In this document: in pieces, positions 40,460-50,988 of the stretch
Layout of the letters: each line of letters begins with the position of its first letter
Position numbering within the stretch: position 1 is the stretch's first letter
Assembly (NCBI GenBank): GCA_963668355.1
Contig: OY764265.1
Coordinates: 1,888,001 to 1,952,000, forward strand
Source of the DNA: Bdellovibrionota bacterium
GTDB taxonomy: Bacteria; Bdellovibrionota_G; JALEGL01; DATDPG01
DNA: 64,000 nucleotides
Reading direction: 5' to 3'
Position numbers and translations under genes: made by a program
Notes under the pieces: model-generated
Told to the model about the DNA's origin: nothing
Databases searched by the model: none
Seen by the model: only the letters and a program-made list of their open reading frames with translations

Positions 40460-40750
40460 CTATTTTCTCTCCTTGAGCACGTTTGAAGTGCAGGAAAAGA
40501 AATTCATCACACACGGGGTTAGTAATGTATAGAACACGGTTGTTCCCTCTTTTCGATCCTCCACAATTCCATGCGAGCGGAGCACCGATAGATGCTTGGA
40601 AACCGTACTCTGATCCAGACCAATGAGTTGGGTCAATTGTCCGACCGAACATTCTCCTCGGCTAAGGCGATCGACAATCTTGAGTCGGGCCTCGTTGGCC
40701 AAGGCTCGTAAAATGGAAGCCTGTAATTTAAATGTGTTCTTGTTTGGCAC
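40460..40750 (-). CDS. ArsR/SmtB-family transcriptional repressor
   Basis: LRALANEARL.I, ECSV, QSTVSKHL.VL, G..VFY.L, C-terminal CxxxxxxC. Confidence 0.92.
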   Translation of the reverse strand: MPNKNTFKLQASILRALANEARLKIVDRLSRGECSVGQLTQLIGLDQSTVSKHLSVLRSHGIVEDRKEGTTVFYTLLTPCVMNFFSCTSNVLKERK

Positions 40751-40867
40751 AACATGTTCCTTATATATGAATATATTGCCAATTATGCATAAAGTGGAAA
40801 TGTCGTCAAGGTGGCCCTTCTTGGTTACGTTTTATCTTCATGAAATTGTTGGTTTAAGCGCCTAGCC

Positions 40868-43117
40868 TCAGAACTTGTATGTGGCCTTTCCTCCAATGTT
40901 CATGCCTCGGGGATGATAGACCCCGTTGTTGATCGCAAGTCCGATGGGTTCGGTGTTGTTCAGAAGGTTGGTTCCAAATATCTGAAGATCAAAGTGTTTC
41001 CAAAGGTCTTGAATCCCATAAGTCAGATCGAGATAAATTTCACCGGACAGATCGCCATACGAAGAAGGAGTGGGTGAGGTGTAGGGTTCAACAATTCTCA
41101 TGTCGTGCCAACCACGAAGATTCAAATTCACAGAGTGGCGGTCAAGAAGGATAAGATTAAATCCAACGTTCCAGATATGCGTTGGGTAATTTAACCAATT
41201 TCTTTCATCATCTGTTACAGCTCCATCCAAAGGTTGAGTGGTTCCATTTATGTCTGTCCCCGAGGGGATGGAATCTAATTTGGATTTCACAATGGAGTAA
41301 TTACAATTCAAGGCGAGATTTTCCAGTAGAGAAAATCTTCCCTCTAGTTCAAAGCCATAACTTCTGGCTGTGCCCAGGTTTCGATACCCCAGATCCAATT
41401 TGGTCTCCCAGGACACGAAGTTCTCGATTTCCATGAAAAACCCTGTTCCAGCCACGAAGCTCTTTCCTTTATTCCACGAGATCTGGACATCATGGGAGAT
41501 GACTTCTTCGGACCTGTCGACATTGGAAATGGTCTCGATGGTTTTCGATGGTGATCGAAAAAATTCTCCCCCTGTTTTCGATGCTGCTGCGTTGGGTCTT
41601 AAGTATCCAGTGTTTCCGACATATTTTATGGTAACGGTGTCGGTAAGGCCGAGAATGATTCCTCCGCGTGGCAGAAAGACGACCTTCTTTTCTCTCCACG
41701 TATTGTAATCAGCTCTATATCCAAAAAAGAGATCGAGAGATTTCCCAAAAATGTCGAATGAAATTTTATCCTCTAGATACCCACTAAAATTGTAATCGGA
41801 TGCAGAGGGAATATCGATGATCGGCACTTGATCTTGTCCTGCAGCGGGATTTGTGGGTAGGTTTGTCCCCACATCAAACAGAAAACCTCGGTTGGGTCCA
41901 ACTTGATTTCGAAGGATTTGCGTACCGAATCGCAACGCATGTCGATTTGTGAACGCGTATTCGCCATCTACATCCAGCCCCAAAGCAAAGGACTCCCGGC
42001 TCTGATCTTGCGTCCACTGCGTATCCCGTGTGGCTGAAAACCCGCTGAACTGCGTGGGAAAGCGGTTCTGAAGCAAATAATCTCCATGGAAACCATATCT
42101 GATGTTTAGGTTCGGAGTGATGTCGTGAGTGTATCGATAGTTCAGGTAAGCTTTGCGCATGCGGTACTCAGCGCCGGCCCTGAGCGTATCGGCCGATGTG
42201 TACGACCAAGAATCCCAAGGATACACAATGCTTGCTTGGAGAACTCTTCCGAGGAGCTCATGTTTTTCTCCGATCTTGAGTTTTGTGTAGATCTCAAAAC
42301 CTGGAAAGTGATCGTCCAATTTAGGCCAGATGTTTGTATTCGCACCCCAAGGAAACTCCACATAGGGTTGCTCATCTCCAAAACCATCCGATTCCCAGTA
42401 CGTTCCGGAAATAAATCCTTTGAGCGTGTCTCCGAGTCCCAAATCCTGTAAAGCCGAAAAGGTTCTCATACCATCTCCGTAGGTATAGCTTCCCGATACC
42501 TGCGTTTTGGATGATGGAGCATCCTTTGTGATCACGTTGATAATTCCAAGGACGGCGCTTGTTCCCCATAGAACGGAACCAGGACCTCGTATGATCTCAA
42601 TGCGTTCCACTTTGTCGAGGATTGGCAACATGTCTTGGATTTGAAATCCATTCTCCAAAATGCTGTTTTGCCGGTGGCCATCCACAAGGAGAAGAATGTG
42701 GTCATTTGAGTCAGCTACAAAACCTCGGCTTCCGATGACAGGCCAGGTAGCCTGATGCGTGGGGAAAAAACCGGGTACCCTTTGAAGAACCTCATTGAGG
42801 GTTCGATATCCGGCCCGTTGAATTTCGCTGGCGGTGATGACCGTTACGATGCCTGTGGAGCGAGCGACGGTTTCTTCAGATTTTGATGGCGTGGTGATGA
42901 CCACGTTTAGTAACTCCTCCAAGGAGAGGTTCATAAGACCTCGGGATGCGGGTTTTTCTTCATCCTGCTTTGCCTCATCAGGTGACATTTCCTGGGCGGA
43001 AGTTGCCGCAGGAGCAGAATCCTCGTTTGAAGATTGCGCCTCAGTGGTGGATGGAAAGGAAGTGCATAGGAAAACTGCAATGAAAACGAAATAGCATCTA
43101 AAAGATTGGTTCGTCAT
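40868..43117 (-). CDS. TonB-dependent outer-membrane receptor
   Basis: Signal peptide, LSLEELLNV.ITT.SK, plug motif ERIEIIRGPGSVLWG...GIINVITK, NLLN, terminal YKF. ATG at 43117 follows GAGGA. Confidence 0.92.
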   Translation of the reverse strand: MTNQSFRCYFVFIAVFLCTSFPSTTEAQSSNEDSAPAATSAQEMSPDEAKQDEEKPASRGLMNLSLEELLNVVITTPSKSEETVARSTGIVTVITASEIQRAGYRTLNEVLQRVPGFFPTHQATWPVIGSRGFVADSNDHILLLVDGHRQNSILENGFQIQDMLPILDKVERIEIIRGPGSVLWGTSAVLGIINVITKDAPSSKTQVSGSYTYGDGMRTFSALQDLGLGDTLKGFISGTYWESDGFGDEQPYVEFPWGANTNIWPKLDDHFPGFEIYTKLKIGEKHELLGRVLQASIVYPWDSWSYTSADTLRAGAEYRMRKAYLNYRYTHDITPNLNIRYGFHGDYLLQNRFPTQFSGFSATRDTQWTQDQSRESFALGLDVDGEYAFTNRHALRFGTQILRNQVGPNRGFLFDVGTNLPTNPAAGQDQVPIIDIPSASDYNFSGYLEDKISFDIFGKSLDLFFGYRADYNTWREKKVVFLPRGGIILGLTDTVTIKYVGNTGYLRPNAAASKTGGEFFRSPSKTIETISNVDRSEEVISHDVQISWNKGKSFVAGTGFFMEIENFVSWETKLDLGYRNLGTARSYGFELEGRFSLLENLALNCNYSIVKSKLDSIPSGTDINGTTQPLDGAVTDDERNWLNYPTHIWNVGFNLILLDRHSVNLNLRGWHDMRIVEPYTSPTPSSYGDLSGEIYLDLTYGIQDLWKHFDLQIFGTNLLNNTEPIGLAINNGVYHPRGMNIGGKATYKF

Positions 43118-43250
43118 GGCTTCCTCGACTAGCCGTTGGGATAATTTTTTTCTAGTTGCTTCAACCGAGGTCAAAAATTATACACACTCTTTTCTCAGTA
43201 AGCCCTCTTTAATTTATTCGCGCTGCATCCGCTGATGCTGAGATGATACG

Positions 43251-45092
43251 ATGCGCCGTCTTTGTTCCCTCTTTACAAATCTCTTTCTTAACGTAGGAAG
43301 GCATATCGTGTGTTGGAACTTTTTCATGGCGATTACGCTCGTCGGGACTTTGGGCCTTGTTCTCATATCTGGGGAAACCGGATTGGGGGCTGAAGCCAGG
43401 GTTGGAAACGAAATTTGCCCGTCCATCTACCTCAGCCCAGGGACCCATTTGTCGTTTTCCCGTAACGAACGTCGCTTTATCTGTGGATTTGACCAATCGG
43501 CCCCATGGAAAGAGATCCCATTTAATCAAGTTAAGTTTTTGCTGAAACCCTTTCTGCAGGATCAGGGCTATCATGAGCCATCCTTCACCCTCGAAGACGA
43601 TAAGCTCATCGTCGATCCGGGTAAGAAATTTCTCGTTGAAAAGGTTACGAAAGAAGGTTTTTCGAAACCATTTCCCAATCTTGTCAAACGTCGCTTCCTG
43701 GAGGGCGTCGTTCTCACTCCATCCTATCTCGATGAATTGGAGTCTTGGGGCGTTTTTGAATTGCAAAAAAATTCTTACCCCTGCGCCCGTGTGAACACGC
43801 GAGCCTTGATTCCCTCGGGTGAAGTTTCCATGCAGATCCAAAGTGGATCGTTGATTCCCTATCCTGAAATCCAACGGCAAGAAATCGATGATTTGTCGCT
43901 TGGTGTACTGGATCGGTTTTACGCGTTTCACCCAGGAGATTCCTACAATGCCATTCTTAATCAACTCACGACCCAGCGCATGGAAGAAGACGGAATCGTA
44001 CAAACGGCTCATCTCATCTCAAAATGCAAGGACGAGCGTTCTTCTCTAAACCTTCGAGAAGAAATCATTCCGGGAGAACCCCGCGTATTTCGTTTCGGAG
44101 TGGGGGCCGATACCGAGGGGCTGGTGTTGACACGCACAAATTTTACAGTTCACCGCTTGAACTCGCTTGGAACGAAATATGAAATCGATCTTTATGCCTC
44201 TTTTCTTGAACAAAGAATCAAGACGGGGTTTGACTGGTTCTTCCTTCGACCCCCCTCTCGCCTTTACCTACGTCCGGAGTTTTCCCTGGCCCACCAAAAA
44301 GAAGACCAATTCGAAACCTTTACAGCCAGCGTCTCCATGGGGCCCTATGTTTCGTGGGATCATTCTTGGGGAAGAGGCCTCTTTGGCTTGGTGCCAGACT
44401 GGAGTCGCATTCAAACCTTTGAAGGAGCCCAAAAGGGAGTCACAACGTTTCTCTCAGGCATTCTCAAGTTGAGTCTCATGTCGCACCAATACGAATATTA
44501 TCGTGCTTCTCCTCAAACCGGATACGCTTTCGAATTCCATGCAAGGTTCAGTCGTCGTGGCCTTTTTTCAGATGTGACCGCGCAAAGGCTTTCTTTTTCG
44601 GGTGAGCATCTCTGGAATGTGGCTTCACTTAGCCCTCCGCTTCTTGTTTTGGGCATGCGCTACCGACTGCGCACAACGATTGCAGATCGCAATGACCCCA
44701 ACTTTCTCCGCTTGCCTCCCCAGTTTGTTCACTATCTCGGAGGATCTCAGGACTTAAGGGGGTTCGGCCGGAATGAGCTTCCCCTTGAGGTCAACCCCAA
44801 TCGCACGGGATCCCTAAGTTCTGCCTACCTGGGGTTTGAGGCGCGTTTTGTGGAAATTCTTCCGTTCTCGATTGAACCGTTTTTATTCGCTGATTTTGGG
44901 GCCTCGGGCAATGAACAATTTGATCTGAATAAGCCCATTTTTTGGAACCCGGGAATCGGCCTTCGATGGGAATCACCCATTGGCGTGTTAAGAGGAACCT
45001 ATGCGCATGGGTTCATGATTGGAAATAGAGATCCGGCCAACGATACGCTAACTCATCATCAGTTCTATTTTAGTTTTGGGGAGGAATTCTGA
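43251..45092 (+). CDS. tamA: Omp85-family outer-membrane protein, TamA-like
   Basis: POTRA-like N-terminus, GGSQDLRGF, GIGLRWESPIG.LR, FSFGEEF. Adjacent to a TamB-like gene. Confidence 0.8.
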   Translation: MRRLCSLFTNLFLNVGRHIVCWNFFMAITLVGTLGLVLISGETGLGAEARVGNEICPSIYLSPGTHLSFSRNERRFICGFDQSAPWKEIPFNQVKFLLKPFLQDQGYHEPSFTLEDDKLIVDPGKKFLVEKVTKEGFSKPFPNLVKRRFLEGVVLTPSYLDELESWGVFELQKNSYPCARVNTRALIPSGEVSMQIQSGSLIPYPEIQRQEIDDLSLGVLDRFYAFHPGDSYNAILNQLTTQRMEEDGIVQTAHLISKCKDERSSLNLREEIIPGEPRVFRFGVGADTEGLVLTRTNFTVHRLNSLGTKYEIDLYASFLEQRIKTGFDWFFLRPPSRLYLRPEFSLAHQKEDQFETFTASVSMGPYVSWDHSWGRGLFGLVPDWSRIQTFEGAQKGVTTFLSGILKLSLMSHQYEYYRASPQTGYAFEFHARFSRRGLFSDVTAQRLSFSGEHLWNVASLSPPLLVLGMRYRLRTTIADRNDPNFLRLPPQFVHYLGGSQDLRGFGRNELPLEVNPNRTGSLSSAYLGFEARFVEILPFSIEPFLFADFGASGNEQFDLNKPIFWNPGIGLRWESPIGVLRGTYAHGFMIGNRDPANDTLTHHQFYFSFGEEF

Positions 45093-45094
45093 GG

Positions 45095-47473
45095 ATGAGG
45101 CTCAAGCACGTTCTATCTTCAAGCTTGATTCTTGTTGGCGTGGTGTTCGCCACTTACCCTGTTTCATGTAAAGCCGGGATTCTCGATTATTTTGGAGACA
45201 AGGCTGCAGAGGCACTACAGGCATACTTACAAAGGGATGGCATTGATCTCTCATGGAAGAATTTTTCCAGTGAGAAAACAGGTGACGGAATTTTCACCCA
45301 AGATTGGATGTTTTCGGCAGATGATGTTTGCGTAGAGACTCAAAGCGTTCTGGCCAAGGTTTGTTTTAGCCAAATTCATGCTGCCATCCAATGGAAAATC
45401 CAACTGGGCATTCCAGCCATAAAAAAGATTGGCCCGATTGCGTTCAAAGGGGGAAGGGTCCAGCTTCAATCAACGCCTTCCTCGAAAACAAAATCAGTCG
45501 ATCTAAAGCAGGAGGCGGAGCCCATTCGCACATTTGATCTGAGTTTGCTGACCCTTCCTGAGATGCTTCAACATACGCATTTCGAAAAGGTACAGGTTGA
45601 CGTTCCGTCGATTCGTTGGGAACAAGCTAAGAGTAAAGTCTTTGTGGGTAACGCGTCTCTCTTAATGGAGCCCGAAAAAGATTCGGTCGGTCCTTTTGTG
45701 TTTAACGTGATGCTTGAGAGTGAAAAATCCAAGGATCAAACGATCACTCTTGAGGGCAAATTCCACTCTGAAAGTCATTTTAGAGAAGGCGATTCTTCTT
45801 TGGAGTTGATCGCCAAGGCCAAACTTCCTGAACAAGGAAGCGGTAAGTTGGCCTTGAAACTTCGTACGCCCGGAAAAGCAAAACCTACAAAAGCCTCGGT
45901 GACACTTGAAGGTGCCTTCAAGAATCGCCAGGGCATCTTTGATCTTCAGGCGAAGGTGTTTGCTTCTAAGGATAATCTACAGGGAACGCTTTCAGGTGAT
46001 TTTAAGCCCCAAAAATTAAGCCTTCCAAAGTTGTCCTTCAATCAGTGCGACCTTTCACTGAAACACGACTTGGCGGCCATGCGCTGCCCCATGGTGGCCA
46101 CCCTTCCGAATCATGTAATTAAGAACCATGAAAAACTTGAACTCGATTTTCCCCACTCACTTCAAACAACTCTGCAGGTGAAGATTCGCCACGAAGGACT
46201 GGTTCCGCAACCATCGAGGTTTCGTACAACCAAAGTACAACTAGACATCCAGAGAATCGAAAATTCTTGGATGAAGCTGATGGGTACTCTTCGAGGCACC
46301 TTTTCTGGTCGGCTCGATCAGCCTGACAACATCAAAAAGTTTCTGAAGGGAAGTTTTGATTTGAAGGTGACTGAATTTCAAAAACTCGTGTCCGTGCTTG
46401 GGCGAGGTGACTTTGCCATTCCCGCACCCCTTAGAGAAATGAAAGGGTCATATTCACTCAACATACGTCCTCAGTTGAAAGATGCAGAAAAAACCATACG
46501 AGCTTTGTTTGAGTTCAAATCCAATCTGACTTCGGATCTGCAGGCGTTGCAGTTTACGATGCAGGGGAAAAGCGAACTCGATTTTCAGGGATGGAAACCC
46601 AAACGCTTAACAAACTCGATCGATGTCGACGTGGATCAAATTCGTCTCGTTTTGCCGCCGATCGATCCCTACCCGGTTCCGCAGTTTGGCCTCGATAATC
46701 GTTTTGTCTACTCGAAGGATCTTGAAGAGCGAGAATCAGAACCCGTGGAGGCAACCACCAAAACCTTTCCAGTAGACACCACCATTTCCGTGCGAACAAA
46801 GCACGAGGGGGGCATTGAGATTGTCAACCGAATCACCAAGAAACCCCTTCCCATCTCACTGAATGTACACATGGACCCCCTCCCACATTCACAAGGGTGG
46901 ATTCGAATCGGAAGGACCCCGTTGAACTTGTTTCGAAGAGATGCCTTTATCGAACATTTCGATGTCAATTTGAGGAATCCCACAGAAGAAAGTCTGGTGA
47001 AAGGTCGAGTGTCGGTAAACTATGTGGATTATCGTGTCCTCATAAACCTGGAGGGTACGCTCAAACAACCCAAGATTGTCATGCAATCCGAGCCGCCCTT
47101 ACCGGAAGAAGATATTATTTCTGTGCTCATCTATGGAGAACCGCTCTCGAATCTCGATTCTTCTGATTCCGGTTCGGTGGGAAAACTCGGCGCTGCAATT
47201 GCGGACCGTGCGGTAACCCTATTTTCTCTTTATCTTTTTGCCTCCACGCCCATTCAAAGCGTGGGCTACAATCCCGAAACCGGAAAAGTGTCCGCCCGAA
47301 TGAAACTCGCCGAGGGAACGTCCCTGGTGTTGGGGTCAAGCTCAGAAGGGCAGGAAGCCGGCATACGACGGAGATTGGGATATGGTTGGTACCTCACCTC
47401 GCTCTACCACTCGTCTTCGGGACATGACTCCAGCCGTGTGTCTGCCCTCCTCGAATGGCTCAAACGCTTTTAA
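45095..47473 (+). CDS. tamB: TamB-like (DUF490) translocation/assembly protein
   Basis: N-terminal anchor, beta-rich body, G...P.I...SEPPLPEEDIISVLIYG, terminal W..RF. Confidence 0.75.
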   Translation: MRLKHVLSSSLILVGVVFATYPVSCKAGILDYFGDKAAEALQAYLQRDGIDLSWKNFSSEKTGDGIFTQDWMFSADDVCVETQSVLAKVCFSQIHAAIQWKIQLGIPAIKKIGPIAFKGGRVQLQSTPSSKTKSVDLKQEAEPIRTFDLSLLTLPEMLQHTHFEKVQVDVPSIRWEQAKSKVFVGNASLLMEPEKDSVGPFVFNVMLESEKSKDQTITLEGKFHSESHFREGDSSLELIAKAKLPEQGSGKLALKLRTPGKAKPTKASVTLEGAFKNRQGIFDLQAKVFASKDNLQGTLSGDFKPQKLSLPKLSFNQCDLSLKHDLAAMRCPMVATLPNHVIKNHEKLELDFPHSLQTTLQVKIRHEGLVPQPSRFRTTKVQLDIQRIENSWMKLMGTLRGTFSGRLDQPDNIKKFLKGSFDLKVTEFQKLVSVLGRGDFAIPAPLREMKGSYSLNIRPQLKDAEKTIRALFEFKSNLTSDLQALQFTMQGKSELDFQGWKPKRLTNSIDVDVDQIRLVLPPIDPYPVPQFGLDNRFVYSKDLEERESEPVEATTKTFPVDTTISVRTKHEGGIEIVNRITKKPLPISLNVHMDPLPHSQGWIRIGRTPLNLFRRDAFIEHFDVNLRNPTEESLVKGRVSVNYVDYRVLINLEGTLKQPKIVMQSEPPLPEEDIISVLIYGEPLSNLDSSDSGSVGKLGAAIADRAVTLFSLYLFASTPIQSVGYNPETGKVSARMKLAEGTSLVLGSSSEGQEAGIRRRLGYGWYLTSLYHSSSGHDSSRVSALLEWLKRF

Positions 47474-47550
47474 ACAACCCCCGAGTTCCGGTCCGAGGCT
47501 TAATCATCTCTTCACTTGGGTGTGGCGTGCCCGTGTGATATTTATGCGGC

Positions 47551-48147
47551 ATGTCAGCTTATAAGGTTATTGCGTGTGGGTTTTTGGTTTTTAGTGTCAG
47601 CTTGGGAGGAATGGCGAAAGCTGAAACCCAAAAGGATTTAAAACGTTGCCCAGAAAAAATTGTGAAGGAAATGCCAAAAGCTGCGGCTTGGCTTAATTTA
47701 TTTCGGGAAGCCCACTGTATGGGGGATCGTCGAGATCGAACCGAAGATCTGCCTGAACTAATTTCAGCCGATGCGTGTTTTGAGGTGGCGAAAGCGGCAA
47801 AAGACCTGATGGTTTTTCATGAACTTGAACGAATCGAAACCCCTCCCGATGTGGATGTTTCTGAACTCGGAGATGAAATTTACCATGTGGATCACACAGC
47901 CTCTCTTCGATGCGAAGAGTTGTCTCGGAGTAGCTGCGTGCCTCAGACTGAACAGTCATTTAGTCTTGTTCCGGATCGCGGCGAACCTGACCAGGTGAGT
48001 GATTTAAAACAGGCTGCATGCTTGGAAGCCACGCTGGACGTGGTGGACGAGCTGCGAGACGATTTATGCGCGCTCGTGGAGCAGAGGGCCTTGGCTTGGT
48101 GCGAGTTGCAGAAAAAGGTGAAAGAAGCCTTGCTCAATCGGGAATAG
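47551..48147 (+). CDS. Secreted Cys-rich, predicted helical protein of unknown function
   Basis: Signal peptide ending AKA, eight Cys in the mature part. Confidence 0.7.
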   Translation: MSAYKVIACGFLVFSVSLGGMAKAETQKDLKRCPEKIVKEMPKAAAWLNLFREAHCMGDRRDRTEDLPELISADACFEVAKAAKDLMVFHELERIETPPDVDVSELGDEIYHVDHTASLRCEELSRSSCVPQTEQSFSLVPDRGEPDQVSDLKQAACLEATLDVVDELRDDLCALVEQRALAWCELQKKVKEALLNRE

Positions 48148-48234
48148 CCCGCCAAATCCACGTCCGCTTAAGGATGTTCACCGTTTTTCCCCCGAGGCAT
48201 CTTCCGAATAGATATCCCTTATTTAGGTGCCAGT

Positions 48235-48340
48235 GGAGAGCCTAAGATTTAACGCAACACTCTGAAGGAAGTAGAGAGTGAGGCGGAGAATCAATGAAAG
48301 GCTATAAGCGGATTGCGTTAGAGGAACGAGAGGAAATCAA
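48235..48340 (+). mobile_element. IS30-family left-end remnant (terminal repeat plus about 15 transposase codons)
   Basis: GGAGAGCCTAAGATTTAACGCAACAC resembles IS30 ends. GGAG then ATG at 48294 encodes MKGYKRIALEEREEI, after which similarity stops. Confidence 0.55.
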
Positions 48341-48383
48341 CACCCCTTCTCACTTTTCTAGGTTTTGGCCCCGTGTGAAACAG

Positions 48384-50708
48384 TCACCTTCTTGGGGTGG
48401 CGCCGCCTCGAGCTAGATCGACCATATCCAGATTTAAAGTAATTCGAAGGGCTTCGCGAGCCGTTTTGATATGGTAGCGAAGCATTTCTCGAGAGCTGAG
48501 CAAAACCGTCTCTTCGGCGTGAGCTCTAGAAATGACTTGAAGCGACCATTGAAGGCGAGGGGAAAGTCCAAGCGACACTTTCTCCGCCTTCAAAAGGGCT
48601 TGAATTTCACTTGGAGCCATTCCAAAAGAAACTCCAGGATAGAATTCTTGAACCGTGCCATAAGCGTACCTCAATCGGCTCCATCGGAAGGTTACCGAAG
48701 TGGTTCGAGGAATTCCCGCAAACAACACCCCCGCAGCTAAACCAAACGCCAAATCGTCTACTAATGTCGATCCACCTCTTCCCGCAGCAATGCCATGACT
48801 GGCGAAACGATTTTGAGGATCCACTTCACCAAGGATCATTTGTACAGCGGTTGATGTCATATGTCCTATCCAAAGGGTTAGCATTGCCCAAGTAAACCCG
48901 ATCACCAAAGGTTGTAAGGCTGGGTTGGAAGAAGCTAAGGCAAAAGCCACCAATCCAACCATCATAAAGGCCGTCTCAGTTTTATGATCTTGAACAAACC
49001 ATTTTAACCGATGTCCCATATTTTTTACTCGAGCCTTGAACGTATGATTCCGGTAGGCGTCCGCAATCCACTTAATTTCCCCATTCGTGCGATAGGCCTG
49101 TTCAGCCAAACCTCGATCTGCTCGAACCCCAAGCATCGACTGTGCTTGTTCGTTTTCAAAAATCATATTTAAGGCCGCTAGGTATTCGTGGACAAAAGAC
49201 TCCAACACACTTCCGAAAACGCATTGCTCTTGGCACTGCCTTGAAACTCGCTGTGCTGTTTCTTCGAGCCAGTGGTGAAAACTTAAGACCTCTGATTCTG
49301 ACAAGTAGGGGATGAGTTCGTTGATTCCCTTCAAGGCCTCCGAGAGCGGGAGTCGCCAATACCAAAAACGTCGATCCTTTGATGTGCTGTCCCTTGGTAT
49401 TTCCCCTTTGCGCCTAACCCAATCCGGCATTCGATCCAAATCCAACGTCGCCACCTTAAAGAAATCTCCTAGAACCTGCGGATGTTGAAGCTTGTAGAGA
49501 CCTTCGATGGCCAATTGGTATTCCCTGGCCCGAGCCTTGAGACGTCCTTCGTCGGCCTCAATATTTAGAACCGTATCCGTCTCATCCTCAGCCTTAAAGC
49601 GATCTATTACGGATGCATAATCTTCCTCCAAAAGGCGATCCAGCTCGGCTCGAAAACTATCTACTCGACGATCCATCGCATAACGCACTCGCAAGAAAAA
49701 CTCTCGCCAACGTTGCATGAGCATTTCGTGCTGCTGGACTTCTTCTGCTTGGGAAAGCATTCGAGCCATTCCCAAAACAATTCGTTGTTCTCCCTCCGTT
49801 ACGCCTCGAGAAAAAAAATCACCTCGCCCAAGCATTAAATTGAGGGTCTTTTCCTCTCGTTCAACAAACGCAAAAAACAGTTCCTCAAAACCCCGTGCAA
49901 ACGCAGGGGGCGTAACCCCTTTTAGCGAAGTAACGCTCCCCAAACCGTCTACCGAATGTCTTGAAAAGGACGGAAGAAGCGATCTTTTTTGAATTTTTGG
50001 GGCTCGAGCTAACGGCAAATAAAGACGCACAATCCGCTGAGCTCTCAGAAGAGCTGCATAGTACTCAACAAAATATTGAGGAGCTTGCTTCCAGGTCTTT
50101 CCTGCCTCCGATTGAAGAGCGTCTGTTTTTGACTCATCAAGCCTTGCCTTAGCCACCAACATCGAAACGGCTAAGTCCAACTCATCCATTTGGCGAAAGA
50201 TCGACAGCGGACTTTCTTGAATTTGAGCTTTGACCATGTCTCGTCCATAGCCGCAAGCCACACCCAACATGGGAATCGACAAAGGATGCTCCCCTCCATC
50301 ATCACGCAGCTTCATCTTCAAAAAAACGTCGAATCCATTCTGTTCCAATTGTTTTAGCGAAAAATAAGGAAAGAGAACGCTTTGAAGAATCTTAACTTGT
50401 CCAATCGGCTCAGCACCGGAAAGCTGTTCAAACAAAAAGCGAGCTTTTGCTTTGGCCCTGACAGAAGGTGGTTCTCGTTCAAACTCGAAAAGCGTCTGTT
50501 TTCTCTCCACTTTCAGCCAATGACGAAAATCGATTTCCCAGTGAGTGTAGGGTCGATCCATTAACATTCCCGAAAGCGTTTCCGAAGCCGGTTGATAGCA
50601 AAGTGAATCGTCCAAAACCCAAGGGATCGGGTTTCCATATGCATTCACAGCACTGATCGCAGAAAAAACAGCGACGACAAGCCAGGTCGATATTTGGTGC
50701 CTAAACAT
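48384..50708 (-). CDS. Large exported helical protein with a C-proximal hydrophobic hairpin, unknown function
   Basis: Signal peptide from MFRHQ. Hydrophobic segments AFMMVGLVAFALA, LVIGFTWAMLTLWIG and LAFGLAAGVLFAG. Confidence 0.75.
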   Translation of the reverse strand: MFRHQISTWLVVAVFSAISAVNAYGNPIPWVLDDSLCYQPASETLSGMLMDRPYTHWEIDFRHWLKVERKQTLFEFEREPPSVRAKAKARFLFEQLSGAEPIGQVKILQSVLFPYFSLKQLEQNGFDVFLKMKLRDDGGEHPLSIPMLGVACGYGRDMVKAQIQESPLSIFRQMDELDLAVSMLVAKARLDESKTDALQSEAGKTWKQAPQYFVEYYAALLRAQRIVRLYLPLARAPKIQKRSLLPSFSRHSVDGLGSVTSLKGVTPPAFARGFEELFFAFVEREEKTLNLMLGRGDFFSRGVTEGEQRIVLGMARMLSQAEEVQQHEMLMQRWREFFLRVRYAMDRRVDSFRAELDRLLEEDYASVIDRFKAEDETDTVLNIEADEGRLKARAREYQLAIEGLYKLQHPQVLGDFFKVATLDLDRMPDWVRRKGEIPRDSTSKDRRFWYWRLPLSEALKGINELIPYLSESEVLSFHHWLEETAQRVSRQCQEQCVFGSVLESFVHEYLAALNMIFENEQAQSMLGVRADRGLAEQAYRTNGEIKWIADAYRNHTFKARVKNMGHRLKWFVQDHKTETAFMMVGLVAFALASSNPALQPLVIGFTWAMLTLWIGHMTSTAVQMILGEVDPQNRFASHGIAAGRGGSTLVDDLAFGLAAGVLFAGIPRTTSVTFRWSRLRYAYGTVQEFYPGVSFGMAPSEIQALLKAEKVSLGLSPRLQWSLQVISRAHAEETVLLSSREMLRYHIKTAREALRITLNLDMVDLARGGATPRR

Positions 50709-50724
50709 GAACTCGACCTTAGGT

Positions 50725-50740
50725 AGCAATTAACATGCCG
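50725..50740 (-). promoter_or_regulatory. Putative sigma54 -24/-12 promoter
   Basis: Minus strand CGGCAT-GTTAA-TTGCT. Confidence 0.65.
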
Positions 50741-50905
50741 CCCTCAATACGACTTCGTTAAACCGAACCTTCGCAACTCCTTGGGATTGAACGATTTATT
50801 TGGCCGAAGCACCCGAACTCATCAATTTAAGTGCCTTAGATGTCGCAGACCCGCGGCTTTACGTCCCCATAAAAGCCATTCTTGGTTCGACCCATTGTTT
50901 AGAAA

Positions 50906-50948
50906 AAACAAGGTCTTAGAGATCTGGTGGATTGGCATATCTGTTGCT
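50906..50948 (+). promoter_or_regulatory. Putative sigma54 promoter with upstream IHF-like site
   Basis: AAACAA-GGTC-TTAG at 50906-50919 and TGGCAT-ATCTG-TTGCT at 50933-50948. Confidence 0.7.
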
Positions 50949-50988
50949 CACACGAGGCCTGCCTAGGGTTAAAGGCAAGAGTACTAAG

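Noticed and set aside
43209..44012. 267-aa minus-strand ORF
   Set aside because: Antisense shadow of the TamA-like gene with no recognisable motifs.
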